Shown: piece by piece, positions 1 to 8,979 of the stretch
How the letters are laid out: each line of letters begins with the position of its first letter
Position numbering within the stretch: the first letter of the stretch is position 1
Source of the DNA: Abiotrophia defectiva ATCC 49176
GTDB taxonomy: Bacteria > Bacillota > Bacilli > Lactobacillales > Aerococcaceae
Reading direction: 5' to 3'
DNA: 24,000 nucleotides
Assembly (NCBI RefSeq): GCF_037041345.1
Contig: NZ_CP146287.1
Span: 358,236-382,235 of the forward strand
Program-made: the position numbers and the translations under genes
The notes under the pieces: generated by a model
The model's input: the letters and a program-made list of their open reading frames with translations, nothing else
Told to the model about the DNA's origin: nothing
Databases searched by the model: none

Positions 1-3000
1 GTGGATTATTTTTACGAGATTAAAGGGAAAGGCAATAATTCTGCCCACGTTCTGAACCCTTCTGACGCAACGCAAGAGAATGCGCTTAGAGCCTTAGAGC
101 ATATGTTCTATATCTTAGTCTGGTTCGTTATTAACTATATTGACGATGAAATTCAGGCTAATTTATTCGATGAATTTTTAGAACCTAAAGCTCAAGCCCT
201 CTACAAAACGGCTGAGCGGAAATTTATCTATGTTCAGACAGTTGACAATGCGAGTGGCCAATTTCCTGCTTTTGATGGGACTTACAAAGTTGGCGAAGGA
301 ACCGTTCCAGAAGACGAAGTCGAGGGAGACTGGAGTCCGAATAGTAGTTTCTTACGGAAGTTAGCTCCTAAAAGAATTAAACAATACATGAAGACCTCAG
401 GTCTGCCTTTTATGTTGGGATGGGTTGAACTAGCCTATCGCAAATCAGACAAGACCTGGTTTCATGATTATGATGTCCATAATGTATTGAGACGTTCTGG
501 AATTAAGCATGCGGAATTGCTAGAAGGCAATGAGTGGTTTGATACGGATTTGGAGACAGCTAAATCAGCTATTCAAGCGGTAAAGGCTGGACGTGAGTAT
601 ATCAATGAGTCGGTAGAAGAGAAGACGGCGGTCATTTTACGTCCAGAACAAGAAGAAGCAGTAGCGAAGACGCGTCAGGCCTTCAAGACTAAGGATACAA
701 TGCTATGGAATGCTAAAATGCGCTTTGGCAAGACATTAACGGCTCTTCAGTTGGTCAAAGAAGAAGGTTTCCAAAAAGTACTGATTATGACGCACCGTCC
801 CGTTGTGTCAGATTCTTGGTTCCAGGACTTTGAGAAAATGATGATGAGCCAAGAAGGTTATGAATATGGTTCAGTGACCCAAGGTGCCTCGCTTGAATCG
901 CTCAAAAAGGGAAACAAGCCTTTTGTTTATTTTGCTTCCATTCAGCTCTTACGTCATAATAATGCGCAAACGAACTTGAGCCAATTTGCTGAGGTAGACT
1001 GGGATCTTATTCTGATTGATGAAGCCCATGAAGGTACTCAGACTCAGCTAAGTGAACTTGTAATGGAGCAGTTAGTTAAGGATAAAACCAAAGTTCTGGA
1101 GCTATCTGGGACCCCCTTCAATCTCTTGGATAAATTTGAAGAAGATCAAGTTTATACCTGGGACTATACCATGGAACAGACGGCTAAGCTTAAGTGGGCG
1201 CTCGAGAAACCAAATGAACCAAACCCTTACGAGAAGTTACCGAAGGTATCTATGTATACCTTCGAGATGAAGAACAAGAAATTTTTAGATGAACGGAAAT
1301 CTTTTAATTTCAGAGAGTTCTTCCGCACAGATGATTCAGGTTGCCTGGTCCATAAGCAAGAGGTTCGAGCCTTTCTTGATAATATTACCAATCCTGATAG
1401 CCGAACAAACTATCCTTTTTCAACCAAGGCCTACCGAGAGGAGTTGCGGCACACACTCTGGTTATTACCAGGAGTTAAAGAAGCCAACGCCTTAGAAGAC
1501 CTTATGAAGCAGCATCCAATTTTTGGTAAGGAGTACCAAATTGTCAATGTAGTTCGAGGAAGCGAGCGGGATAGTGACGATGGTGTTGCCAATGAGGCGG
1601 ACTTAGAGAAAGTTCGCAAGGCGATAACAAAAGATCCCTCTCAGACAAGAACCATTACCCTAACGGTTCGAAAGTTAACAACTGGCGTCAATATTCCTGA
1701 ATGGACGGCTGTTATATTTTTATCCAATACTAATTCTGCTATGAACTATCTACAGGCCGCTTTTCGAGCTCAAACACCATTTTCTCATGAAAAATTAGGG
1801 ATGAAAAAACATTGTTATATCTTTGATTTTGCGCCAGATCGAGCGCTGACCGTGATGGCAGAGAGTGCGCAGATTAATTCTGGTGTGGGTAAGAAAAATA
1901 CACACCAGCAGAAGAAAGCCATGTCTCACCTCTTGAACTTCTTGCCAATTCTTGGTCAAGCAGACAATGGCATGAAAACTTATGATGTTGATCGCATGTT
2001 AACTCAATTGAAGAAGGTCTATGCGGAGAAAGCAGTACGGTCTGGATTTGAAGACGACAGTCTCTATAATGATAAGCTTCTAACCCTAACAGAGGGCGAT
2101 GCTAAGTTGTTCCAAGACTTGAACGCGATTGTAGGTAAAACGAGCAAACAGAAAACACCTAAGACGATTACGGTGAATGACAATGGTTTGACCGATGAAG
2201 AATACGAGAAGGGTGAGAAGGGCAAGAAAAAGAAAAAACGAGACCGCACCCCTGAAGAGCAAGAAGCAATTGAGAAGATTAAGAAGGCTAAGCAACAGCG
2301 CAAGACCATGATTTCAATCTTGCGAGGGGTATCAACTAAGATTCCTCTCATGATTTACGGGATGGATGTCGATATTCAAGATGATATCTCGATTGAGGAA
2401 TTCGTCAAGCAGGTGGATGATAAGTCTTGGAAGGAGTTTATGCCTAAGGGCTTTACTAAGGAGATGTTCCAGGAAATCACCCAATTCTATGATGCAGAAG
2501 TCTTCGTGGAAGCAGGCCGAATTATTCGACACCGCGCCAAAGAATTAGACGAGCTAGACTTTATTGAACGTGCTGAACGGATTGCTGAATTATTTGGTAG
2601 TTTCAAGAACCCCGACAAGGAAACAGTCCTCACCCCATGGCGTGTTGTCAACATGCAAATTGCCAAGGGAATAGGTGGCTTGAACTTCTACGATGATGAT
2701 TTCCATGTGATGACGGATGGCGGAAGGCCTAACCTACATTGGGTAGAGCGTGAAGTAACTAAGGAAATCTACCACCCAGATACTAAGATTATTGATATAA
2801 ACTCCAAGACTGGCCTATATCCTTTGCATGCTGCGATGAGCTTATACTATCAGGCCATGTTAGCGAATGAAGACAAGCGATTTATTGATAGACAGGTCTA
2901 TCAGTCGATTCTAAGCAGAAATATCTATGTTATTGCCCAAACCCCAATGGCCAAAACCATTACGGAGCGGACACTAGCAGGATACAGAGGTTATAAGACG

Positions 3001-4119
3001 AATGTGGTCTATATCCCGGGGCTAACGGACATCCTAAAGCAGGATATAGACAAGGGTAAAGAAAAAGTAGAGGAGGCGTTTGGTCACGTGAAATTTGATG
3101 TTGTGGTGGGGAATCCGCCGTATCAGGAAACTTTGGAGGGAACTAGTGATCGTCCTTTATATAATTACTTTATGGAATTATCATATAAAATAGCTGACAA
3201 AGTAATATTGATAACACCAGGAAGATTTTTGTTTAATGCGGGCAAAACTCCAAAGGCATGGAATGAAAAAATGCTGTCTGATGATAATCTAAAAGTTGTA
3301 TTTTACGAACAGGATTCTGCTAGTGTATTTCCAAATACGGACATTACAGGAGGCTTAGTAGTTTCATATAGAGAGAAAGGTAGCAAAATTGGCCCCATCA
3401 GAACGTTTACCACGTATGATGAGTTAAATAAAATTTTAAATAAAGTGATAAATTCAAATGACTTTCATTCTATTGTTTCAATTATATATTTACAGAATCG
3501 ATTTGATTTGAATCAACTTTTTGAAGATTATAATGAATTACGGCATGTAATTGGAAGCGAAGGGAAAGAAAGGCGGTTAACAACCTCCATATTTGAACAA
3601 GTGCCTATATTCTATGATAGTAGAGGTAATAAAGAAGATATTAAGGTGCTCGGTCTGATAAAAAATATCCGGAAGTATAAGTATATTAACAATAAATATA
3701 TCGAAGCCCACTCAAATCTAAAGAAATATAAAATAATTTTGCCAAAATCTAATGGGAGTGGAGCAATTGGAGATGCAGGGCCTACTCCTCTAATTGGAGA
3801 ACCCCTAATTGGAGAACCATTAACTGGATATACCCAATCATTTATTTCTTTTGGGGCATTTGAGAAGTTTATAGATGCTAGCAATTGTCTCAAATACATT
3901 AAAACAAAATTTGTAAGAGCTTTGTTAGGAACTTTGAAAATTACTCAAGACAATAATAAAGATACTTGGAAAAACGTTCCACTTCAAGACTTTTCATCCA
4001 ATTCCGATATCGATTGGTCACAATCTATTGCTGACATTGATCAACAACTCTACAAAAAGTATGGGTTGAGTGAGTCAGAGATTGCCTTCATTGAAGAAAA
4101 AGTCCAAGCGATGGAATAA
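1..4119 (+). CDS. SF2 helicase (ResIII/SNF2-like) fused to an Eco57I-family N6-adenine DNA methyltransferase-like domain. The true start lies upstream of the window.
   Basis: The frame is open from base 1, and the first residues (GNNSAHV...ENALRALEHMFYIL) look like the middle of a DUF4145-type domain. Helicase motifs are present: I (MRFGKTLTA), II (LILIDEAHEG), III (LSGTPF), V (TTGVNIPE) and VI (QAAFRAQT). Methyltransferase motif IV is FDVVVGNPPYQ at about nt 3100-3125. The stop codon TAA is at 4117-4119. Confidence 0.75.
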   Translation: MDYFYEIKGKGNNSAHVLNPSDATQENALRALEHMFYILVWFVINYIDDEIQANLFDEFLEPKAQALYKTAERKFIYVQTVDNASGQFPAFDGTYKVGEGTVPEDEVEGDWSPNSSFLRKLAPKRIKQYMKTSGLPFMLGWVELAYRKSDKTWFHDYDVHNVLRRSGIKHAELLEGNEWFDTDLETAKSAIQAVKAGREYINESVEEKTAVILRPEQEEAVAKTRQAFKTKDTMLWNAKMRFGKTLTALQLVKEEGFQKVLIMTHRPVVSDSWFQDFEKMMMSQEGYEYGSVTQGASLESLKKGNKPFVYFASIQLLRHNNAQTNLSQFAEVDWDLILIDEAHEGTQTQLSELVMEQLVKDKTKVLELSGTPFNLLDKFEEDQVYTWDYTMEQTAKLKWALEKPNEPNPYEKLPKVSMYTFEMKNKKFLDERKSFNFREFFRTDDSGCLVHKQEVRAFLDNITNPDSRTNYPFSTKAYREELRHTLWLLPGVKEANALEDLMKQHPIFGKEYQIVNVVRGSERDSDDGVANEADLEKVRKAITKDPSQTRTITLTVRKLTTGVNIPEWTAVIFLSNTNSAMNYLQAAFRAQTPFSHEKLGMKKHCYIFDFAPDRALTVMAESAQINSGVGKKNTHQQKKAMSHLLNFLPILGQADNGMKTYDVDRMLTQLKKVYAEKAVRSGFEDDSLYNDKLLTLTEGDAKLFQDLNAIVGKTSKQKTPKTITVNDNGLTDEEYEKGEKGKKKKKRDRTPEEQEAIEKIKKAKQQRKTMISILRGVSTKIPLMIYGMDVDIQDDISIEEFVKQVDDKSWKEFMPKGFTKEMFQEITQFYDAEVFVEAGRIIRHRAKELDELDFIERAERIAELFGSFKNPDKETVLTPWRVVNMQIAKGIGGLNFYDDDFHVMTDGGRPNLHWVEREVTKEIYHPDTKIIDINSKTGLYPLHAAMSLYYQAMLANEDKRFIDRQVYQSILSRNIYVIAQTPMAKTITERTLAGYRGYKTNVVYIPGLTDILKQDIDKGKEKVEEAFGHVKFDVVVGNPPYQETLEGTSDRPLYNYFMELSYKIADKVILITPGRFLFNAGKTPKAWNEKMLSDDNLKVVFYEQDSASVFPNTDITGGLVVSYREKGSKIGPIRTFTTYDELNKILNKVINSNDFHSIVSIIYLQNRFDLNQLFEDYNELRHVIGSEGKERRLTTSIFEQVPIFYDSRGNKEDIKVLGLIKNIRKYKYINNKYIEAHSNLKKYKIILPKSNGSGAIGDAGPTPLIGEPLIGEPLTGYTQSFISFGAFEKFIDASNCLKYIKTKFVRALLGTLKITQDNNKDTWKNVPLQDFSSNSDIDWSQSIADIDQQLYKKYGLSESEIAFIEEKVQAME

Positions 4120-4137
4120 ACTTTATATACACTTAGA

Positions 4138-4159
4138 GAGCCCGCCAATTGGTGGGCTC
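4138..4159 (+). terminator. Stem-loop just after the helicase-MTase stop codon; a weak terminator candidate
   Basis: GAGCCCGCC-aatt-GGTGGGCTC forms a 9-bp stem with one G-U pair. No clear T-tract follows. Confidence 0.35.
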
Positions 4160-4285
4160 TATCCATGGTAAAAAGCGAACTGAAGTTCGCATCGGCTCTT
4201 CCATATTCCCTCCAATAGGCGTATAATAGAGATTGTAGAGAAGTGAAGACGGTGGTGACTCCCACTCAGGAGGAGGTGGTGCTCT

Positions 4286-4432
4286 ATGTGCATCCATCAA
4301 AATCTAGAGGGAAGGAGGACACTGAATTTGTCAGCTGATGCTGTGGTAAGGCTTATCTTGGAATTTGGCACTTTTGTCATTGCCTTGATTGGGCTCTGCC
4401 ACAAACTCTTCAATAAGCACGACAAAAAATAG
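4286..4432 (+). CDS. Small hydrophobic type I toxin peptide (putative holin-like toxin, Hol_Tox-like)
   Basis: This ORF is too short for the supplied track. The core peptide is (M/L)SADAVVRLILEFGTFVIALIGLCHKLFNKHDKK*, one TM helix followed by a Lys-rich tail. The start is ambiguous. TTG at 4328 has the SD GGAAGGAGG 8 nt upstream, gives 34 aa and fits the family length. An in-frame ATG at 4286 has the SD GGAGGAGGT 8 nt upstream and gives 48 aa. A TATAAT box lies at 4222-4227. A convergent antisense promoter lies downstream. Confidence 0.6.
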   Translation: MCIHQNLEGRRTLNLSADAVVRLILEFGTFVIALIGLCHKLFNKHDKK

Positions 4433-4533
4433 CCGTCCCCACTTTGACACGCGGGACGGCTATTTCTAGTCATCTTGGCATCACCGTCTTATACGGCTCT
4501 GCATGGGAGTCGAGTTCGCCCTCGACTCCTTCT
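4424..4533 (-). ncRNA. Putative antisense antitoxin sRNA, convergent with the toxin 3' end
   Basis: A minus-strand promoter (see the next feature) reads toward the toxin stop codon and ends at the bidirectional terminator. The transcript contains a perfect 9-bp hairpin, GGAGTCGAG-N7-CTCGACTCC (4506-4530). That hairpin is 100% conserved in the second copy at 15.58 kb. Confidence 0.5.
4431..4461. terminator. Bidirectional intrinsic terminator shared by the toxin mRNA and the antisense RNA
   Basis: AGCCGTCCC...GGGACGGCT forms a 9-bp stem. It is flanked by AAAAAA (4424-4429), which gives the U-tract on the minus strand, and by a T-rich run on the plus side. Confidence 0.6.
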
Positions 4534-4539
4534 ATGTTT

Positions 4540-4569
4540 ATTATACTGTACAGGTTTGGAAGAAGTCAA
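4540..4569 (-). promoter_or_regulatory. Sigma-A-type promoter for the antisense RNA
   Basis: On the minus strand, -35 TTGACT is at 4564-4569 and -10 TATAAT is at 4540-4545, with an 18-nt spacer. Confidence 0.5.
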
Positions 4570-4803
4570 ATCTCTTTCTAGTTTCCACGGCAAAAGGGTA
4601 AAAAGTACAAGGAATCCTAAGGGGAGGAGAGGTCCAAGATAAGGTTATTAATGTATTGATCTTCCGCTAAATATCGAAATTTGTTGGAGGTCTAGAGAGG
4701 GGGATAAGAATACCAAGATAGATTATGGGTAGAAGTAGCGAACGGTCAAATCAAATATATTGGTCAGATGAAAAAAGTTCAAAGTTAAGAGAGGAGATAT
4801 TGC

Positions 4804-5514
4804 ATGAGTTATTTATACTATGAAATACGTAAGTTGTTCAAATGGGAAATGTTAAGTGCAGGAGTCTTTTCTGCGATTTTTAAAATGGGTTCTCTAGTAC
4901 TTGTATATTATTGGCTTTTTGATTTGAATAACCTTAAGGGTTTTGGCTTTTTGCTAGTGCCCCTCATTGCATACACTATTTATTTTGGTGCAGATTATTT
5001 TTTAATCGATAAGAAAAAAAGTGTAGTGACTGAATTGATGGAAAAAGATCTAGTTAATGAGCCTAATATAAGTAATATCATTAACGAAATTGATAGTTCA
5101 TTAGCTAAAACAACAAAATTTGCGCAATGGGTGTGTGGCTTCGTTGCGTCTATAACTCTTTTAATAGGAACAGGTATTGGCAGTGCAATCACCTTGTATA
5201 CGGAAAAGAGATATGAATTATTAAGCTCTACTTCAGAAAAAGTGAGAGCATTAAATGATTTCCAGAGACTTTTTGACACATTACTTGGGGGAACTGGACT
5301 TCAGCAAGTAGGTGCTATAATTATACTTCTTATTTTACCTGTTACTATTAGCTATGTTCTAATTCAGGGCTTCAGTTTTAGGAGAAGACAAATAAGACTT
5401 TATCTTCTAGACTGCAAATATGAATTAGATAGAAAAAATGCCTATAAGCAATGTGGGCAAAATGAATGTGTTGAGGATGCTTCAAATAACGTCAGATCCA
5501 TAGAGAAAAAATAG
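4804..5514 (+). CDS. Hypothetical integral membrane protein (about 4 TM segments), AT-rich, monocistronic
   Basis: The 236-aa ORF is preceded by the SD AGAGGAGA. Hydrophobic segments lie at about aa 17-39, 46-67, 106-130 and 167-190. A very strong terminator follows. I recognise no family. Confidence 0.6.
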   Translation: MSYLYYEIRKLFKWEMLSAGVFSAIFKMGSLVLVYYWLFDLNNLKGFGFLLVPLIAYTIYFGADYFLIDKKKSVVTELMEKDLVNEPNISNIINEIDSSLAKTTKFAQWVCGFVASITLLIGTGIGSAITLYTEKRYELLSSTSEKVRALNDFQRLFDTLLGGTGLQQVGAIIILLILPVTISYVLIQGFSFRRRQIRLYLLDCKYELDRKNAYKQCGQNECVEDASNNVRSIEKK

Positions 5515-5547
5515 TAGTCATAGTCTTCTATGTGAATCAGTATATTA

Positions 5548-5580
5548 GAGCTCGAGGTAGATAGTACCTCGAGCTCTTTC
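5548..5580 (+). terminator. Intrinsic terminator
   Basis: GAGCTCGAGGTA-gatag-TACCTCGAGCTC forms a perfect 12-bp stem, followed by TTTC. Confidence 0.8.
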
Positions 5581-5675
5581 TATTATTGCATTTGGTGGGG
5601 AGTAGTCCGAGTGTGTTTGACTTTCTTATCCAACACTTTTTTCCACAAAAAAAGAAAAAGATAATCTTTTCCCTA

Positions 5676-5695
5676 AGAAAGCGCTGTTATATAAT
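5676..5695 (+). promoter_or_regulatory. Candidate promoter -10 box with an overlapping cre-like site upstream of the PTS operon
   Basis: TATAAT lies at 5690-5695. AGAAAGCGCTGTTA at 5676-5689 resembles the CcpA cre core (TGAAAGCGCTTTCA-like) with outer mismatches. The -35 element is weak. Confidence 0.3.
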
Positions 5696-5737
5696 GAAGA
5701 TAGAGGATAGGACAGTTAATATGAAGGGGGAGAATAT

Positions 5738-7585
5738 ATGAGGCGTAAGGAATTATTGAAGAAATTGAAGCAGGAAAGCTTCATTAAATTAGATGACTTA
5801 GCACATACCTTTGATGTATCGACTCGGACCATTCGTGATGATGTGAAAGCACTGAACGATGAGTCGGCTTCTTTCAGAATCGAACTGTCCCGTAAACGCG
5901 GCTATTATTTAGTTATTAGTGACGCTAATCAGTTTGAGGATTTCTTATCAGATTGGACAGAGGATGGCTACGAGACCAAGAACAAGCGAATTGAGACGCT
6001 CTTAGTACATCTTCTATTACATTCCCAATATATCACTTATCGTCAACTAGCTGATTTATGCGGGATTAGTATTGCCCAGGTTAAGTTAGACTGTGGGGCT
6101 TTGCCCAAGTTGCTTGAAGGCAGTGAAATTAAATTAGTAACTAAAGCCCATCACGGGATTCGGCTACAAGGCAATCTCTACGATAAGATTAAACTGATTG
6201 ACGCTTACTATATCAAAGGACAACATTTAATACTGGATTACATTAGCCACTTGGTGACTAATCCAGACGATATCAGCCAAGGGGTGAGACTCATTTGTCA
6301 GGAGTATCGCCTAAGGCCTGATGGTGATTCAGCACGTATTATACGGAGATGGCTAGAATTATTAATCTGTTACCATATATTGAATGTGGAGACTCAGTAT
6401 CAGAGTCTTAATCTGTCCGATATGGAGCCTCTAAAAAAGATTCTTAACCAGTATGAGCTAACGAGGGCTTGTCTTCCACATGCTCAAGTCATTTATCAGT
6501 TACTCTTAGAACACCAATCGATTAACCTAGTACCCCAGACTGCGTTGCGTAAATTTCTCTATCAAGTCTATACAGAGATTGATCAACAGTTCGATACACG
6601 ATTTGTTGAAGATGTGGATTTCATGCGGATGATTCAGCTTCACGTTGCCGTGATGATGGAGAGTAATCATCTAGCGGATAGTAGTAAGAGTAGTCTAATC
6701 GATTCACTCTGCCGAGAGTTCCCAGCAATTATGAACTGCGCGCTACATCTAGTTAAGCGTCTCGAGCAAGAGTATCATATGACCATTACGGAAGAGGAAA
6801 TCGTCTACCTCACTTCCCATATGGCGGTTTCTTATGAGCGTCAGAACGATCGTAAGATACGTAGCTACTACCATATCGCCCTAGTTTCAAGTTCCGGTGG
6901 GGGTTTGGCTCAACTCATGGAGATGCGATTCTCTAAGATATTCCCATCTGCCAGAATCAAACTATTTTCACTAGACCAGAAGACAGAGCTCTTAGCCTTT
7001 CGACCTAATCTAGTCTTTTCCATTAAACTTCTAGATTATCCGGTTGATTGTCCTGTGGTTCTAGTTAAGGAAGTTTTGGAGGAGCTAGATTATTTTAGTA
7101 TCCAGAACAATTTGGAGTACTTAACTGAGATGGGGACACTCTTAGACGCCAATAAGGGTTTGTTGGAAATGATATCTCCTGATCTCTTCACAATAGGTGA
7201 CTACGACCAGTATCGCGATTTACTAGAAGATGTCGCAAGCAAACTAGAGTCTTATACGCATAGTGAGAACTATGTCACCTCTATCTTGGAGCGGGAGTCT
7301 TATGTCTCAACCGTGTATGACAATGGCTTAGCCATTCCCCATCCCATGGAAATGAAACATTCAGAAAATTTAATTAGTGTTACCTTACTTCCTAAGGGGA
7401 TCATCCACCAGGGGAAGACGGTCAAATTAGTCTTTATGTTAGCTCTTAAACCCAACCAAGTTGAAGTTCATCAGCATATCTCTAAGAAGCTATATGGTCT
7501 AATGCAACAATCTTCTGTGGTCCAGGAATTAGCTAATTGTCAAAATTATCAAGAATTCATCAACTTATTAAGAATCTGCTTATAG
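5738..7585 (+). CDS. PRD-domain transcriptional regulator (LicR/BglG/MtlR type): HTH, PRD, EIIB-like and EIIA-like domains
   Basis: The protein is 615 aa. It has an N-terminal DeoR-like HTH (LDDLAHTFDVSTRTIRDDV). Its C-terminal fructose/mannitol-type EIIA module is ESYVSTVYDNGLAIPHPME. The SD is GGGGGAG. It sits at the head of a PTS operon. Confidence 0.8.
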   Translation: MRRKELLKKLKQESFIKLDDLAHTFDVSTRTIRDDVKALNDESASFRIELSRKRGYYLVISDANQFEDFLSDWTEDGYETKNKRIETLLVHLLLHSQYITYRQLADLCGISIAQVKLDCGALPKLLEGSEIKLVTKAHHGIRLQGNLYDKIKLIDAYYIKGQHLILDYISHLVTNPDDISQGVRLICQEYRLRPDGDSARIIRRWLELLICYHILNVETQYQSLNLSDMEPLKKILNQYELTRACLPHAQVIYQLLLEHQSINLVPQTALRKFLYQVYTEIDQQFDTRFVEDVDFMRMIQLHVAVMMESNHLADSSKSSLIDSLCREFPAIMNCALHLVKRLEQEYHMTITEEEIVYLTSHMAVSYERQNDRKIRSYYHIALVSSSGGGLAQLMEMRFSKIFPSARIKLFSLDQKTELLAFRPNLVFSIKLLDYPVDCPVVLVKEVLEELDYFSIQNNLEYLTEMGTLLDANKGLLEMISPDLFTIGDYDQYRDLLEDVASKLESYTHSENYVTSILERESYVSTVYDNGLAIPHPMEMKHSENLISVTLLPKGIIHQGKTVKLVFMLALKPNQVEVHQHISKKLYGLMQQSSVVQELANCQNYQEFINLLRICL

Positions 7586-7597
7586 GAGGCGAGGAAG

Positions 7598-8638
7598 ATG
7601 GATTATGAATTGCTAGGGGCACTCTGCAATGCGGATGCTCTGGCTGGAGATGAGGAGGAAGTCCGACAAGTGATTCGCTCGGAGCTTAGCCAGTTGGGCT
7701 GGGTAGAGCGAACGGACGGCTTAGGTAGCTTAATCTACAGCAAAGAGAGTCCGCAAAATAGTCAGAGTGTGATGCTATGTGGGCATATGGATGAGGTAGG
7801 CTTCATGGTTCGGACAATTGATGAACTAGGCTTGATTCATCTTATGAAGGTAGGAGGGGTCCAGACCTACGGTCAGTGCTATCAACATGTGCGAGTTACA
7901 ACTCAAGACGGGCGAAAAGTGAAAGGCATGGCTATTGCTCAGTACCAAAATGAAACAGTGCAGCGTGTATTCTGTGATATCGGTGCCCAATCACGTGAAG
8001 AAGTTGAGGCTTTAGGGATTCAGACTGGCGACATGGTGACCTTCGATACAGACTTCAAGGCCTACCAAGTAGACGACATCTATGCCGGTAAGGCTATGGA
8101 TAATCGCCTAGCCTGTTATATAATGTGTCAGTTAGCCAAGCGCTTGGATAAAGTTGATTTACCTTATAATTTACACCTAGCCTTCACCAGCAGTGAAGAA
8201 GTTGGGATTCGTGGCGCTCGGACAGCTGCCCAGATGATCAATCCCGACTCAGTCTTCGTAATTGATGTTGCGACTGCTCCTAACCAGTTGATTCGGGACC
8301 ATACCAATCAGCGCCAAATGGGGCAAGGCCCTATCCTGACTTTCTTCGATCGAACACTGTCACCAAACCGCAAGATGACGCAATACATTCGTCACATCGC
8401 CAAGGACAAAGGCATCAAAATTCAGTGTGATATGTTTAATTCTGGTGGTACGGATGGTGGTGAAGCACATAAGGTCCATGACGGTAAGCCTACAGTCGTG
8501 ACTATTGTACCCGTCCGCTATGGGCACTGTACAGCTTCCTTGGTTAATAGCCGAGATGTGGATCAGATGACCGATTTATTCCAAGCGATTCTCGAGTCCT
8601 TAGACTCAGCGCGATTGACGCAATTCAGACAATTCTAG
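7598..8638 (+). CDS. M42 family aminopeptidase (FrvX/YpdE/CelM/PepA-like)
   Basis: The protein is 346 aa. It has the motif MLCGHMDEVGFMV, the pattern GKAMDNRLACY, and SSEEVGIRGA. Confidence 0.8.
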   Translation: MDYELLGALCNADALAGDEEEVRQVIRSELSQLGWVERTDGLGSLIYSKESPQNSQSVMLCGHMDEVGFMVRTIDELGLIHLMKVGGVQTYGQCYQHVRVTTQDGRKVKGMAIAQYQNETVQRVFCDIGAQSREEVEALGIQTGDMVTFDTDFKAYQVDDIYAGKAMDNRLACYIMCQLAKRLDKVDLPYNLHLAFTSSEEVGIRGARTAAQMINPDSVFVIDVATAPNQLIRDHTNQRQMGQGPILTFFDRTLSPNRKMTQYIRHIAKDKGIKIQCDMFNSGGTDGGEAHKVHDGKPTVVTIVPVRYGHCTASLVNSRDVDQMTDLFQAILESLDSARLTQFRQF

Positions 8639-8651
8639 AGGAGGTGACGAG

Positions 8652-8957
8652 ATGTCAGTGAAGGAACAAGATATTGTCAAGATTATTGCCAACTCAGGTG
8701 AAGGCAAAATGAAGGCCTTTGAAGCGCTCAAGTGCATCAAGACGAAGGAATTCAAGAAGGCACGTGAATTGTTGAAAGAATCACGCCAGGTAGAGGTGGA
8801 TGCCCATAATGCGCAGACCCAAATCATTGCTGATGCGCTAGATCCTGATAACAAAGAAGCCGTGACTTTACTCATGGTTCACGCGCAGGATCATTATATG
8901 ACTTGCCAGTTAGCTCGTGATTTAATTGAGGCTTTAATTGATATATTTGAGGAATAA
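8652..8957 (+). CDS. PTS lactose/cellobiose family EIIA
   Basis: The protein is 101 aa. It has the signature HAQDHYMT and typical size. The SD is AGAGGAGG. Confidence 0.85.
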   Translation: MSVKEQDIVKIIANSGEGKMKAFEALKCIKTKEFKKARELLKESRQVEVDAHNAQTQIIADALDPDNKEAVTLLMVHAQDHYMTCQLARDLIEALIDIFEE

Positions 8958-8979
8958 ATAGAATAGAGGAGGAAGTATC

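Larger units (their letters stand above)
4393..4570 (+). repeat. Direct repeat copy 1 (178 nt): toxin 3' end, terminator and antisense RNA gene
   Basis: It aligns without gaps to 15471-15648. I count about 21 mismatches by eye, roughly 88% identity. Confidence 0.85.

Noticed and set aside
1-3. GTG at position 1 as the true start of the 1372-aa ORF
   Set aside because: The frame is open to the window edge, and the first residues look like the interior of a domain. The M in the track is an artefact of truncation.
2210-2300. A-rich lysine tract (GKKKKKRDR; ggcaagaaaaagaaaaaacga) as a programmed slippery site
   Set aside because: The longest homopolymer is only 6 A, the reading frame continues intact, and no alternative-frame product is apparent. 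It is probably just a charged linker between the helicase and the downstream domains.
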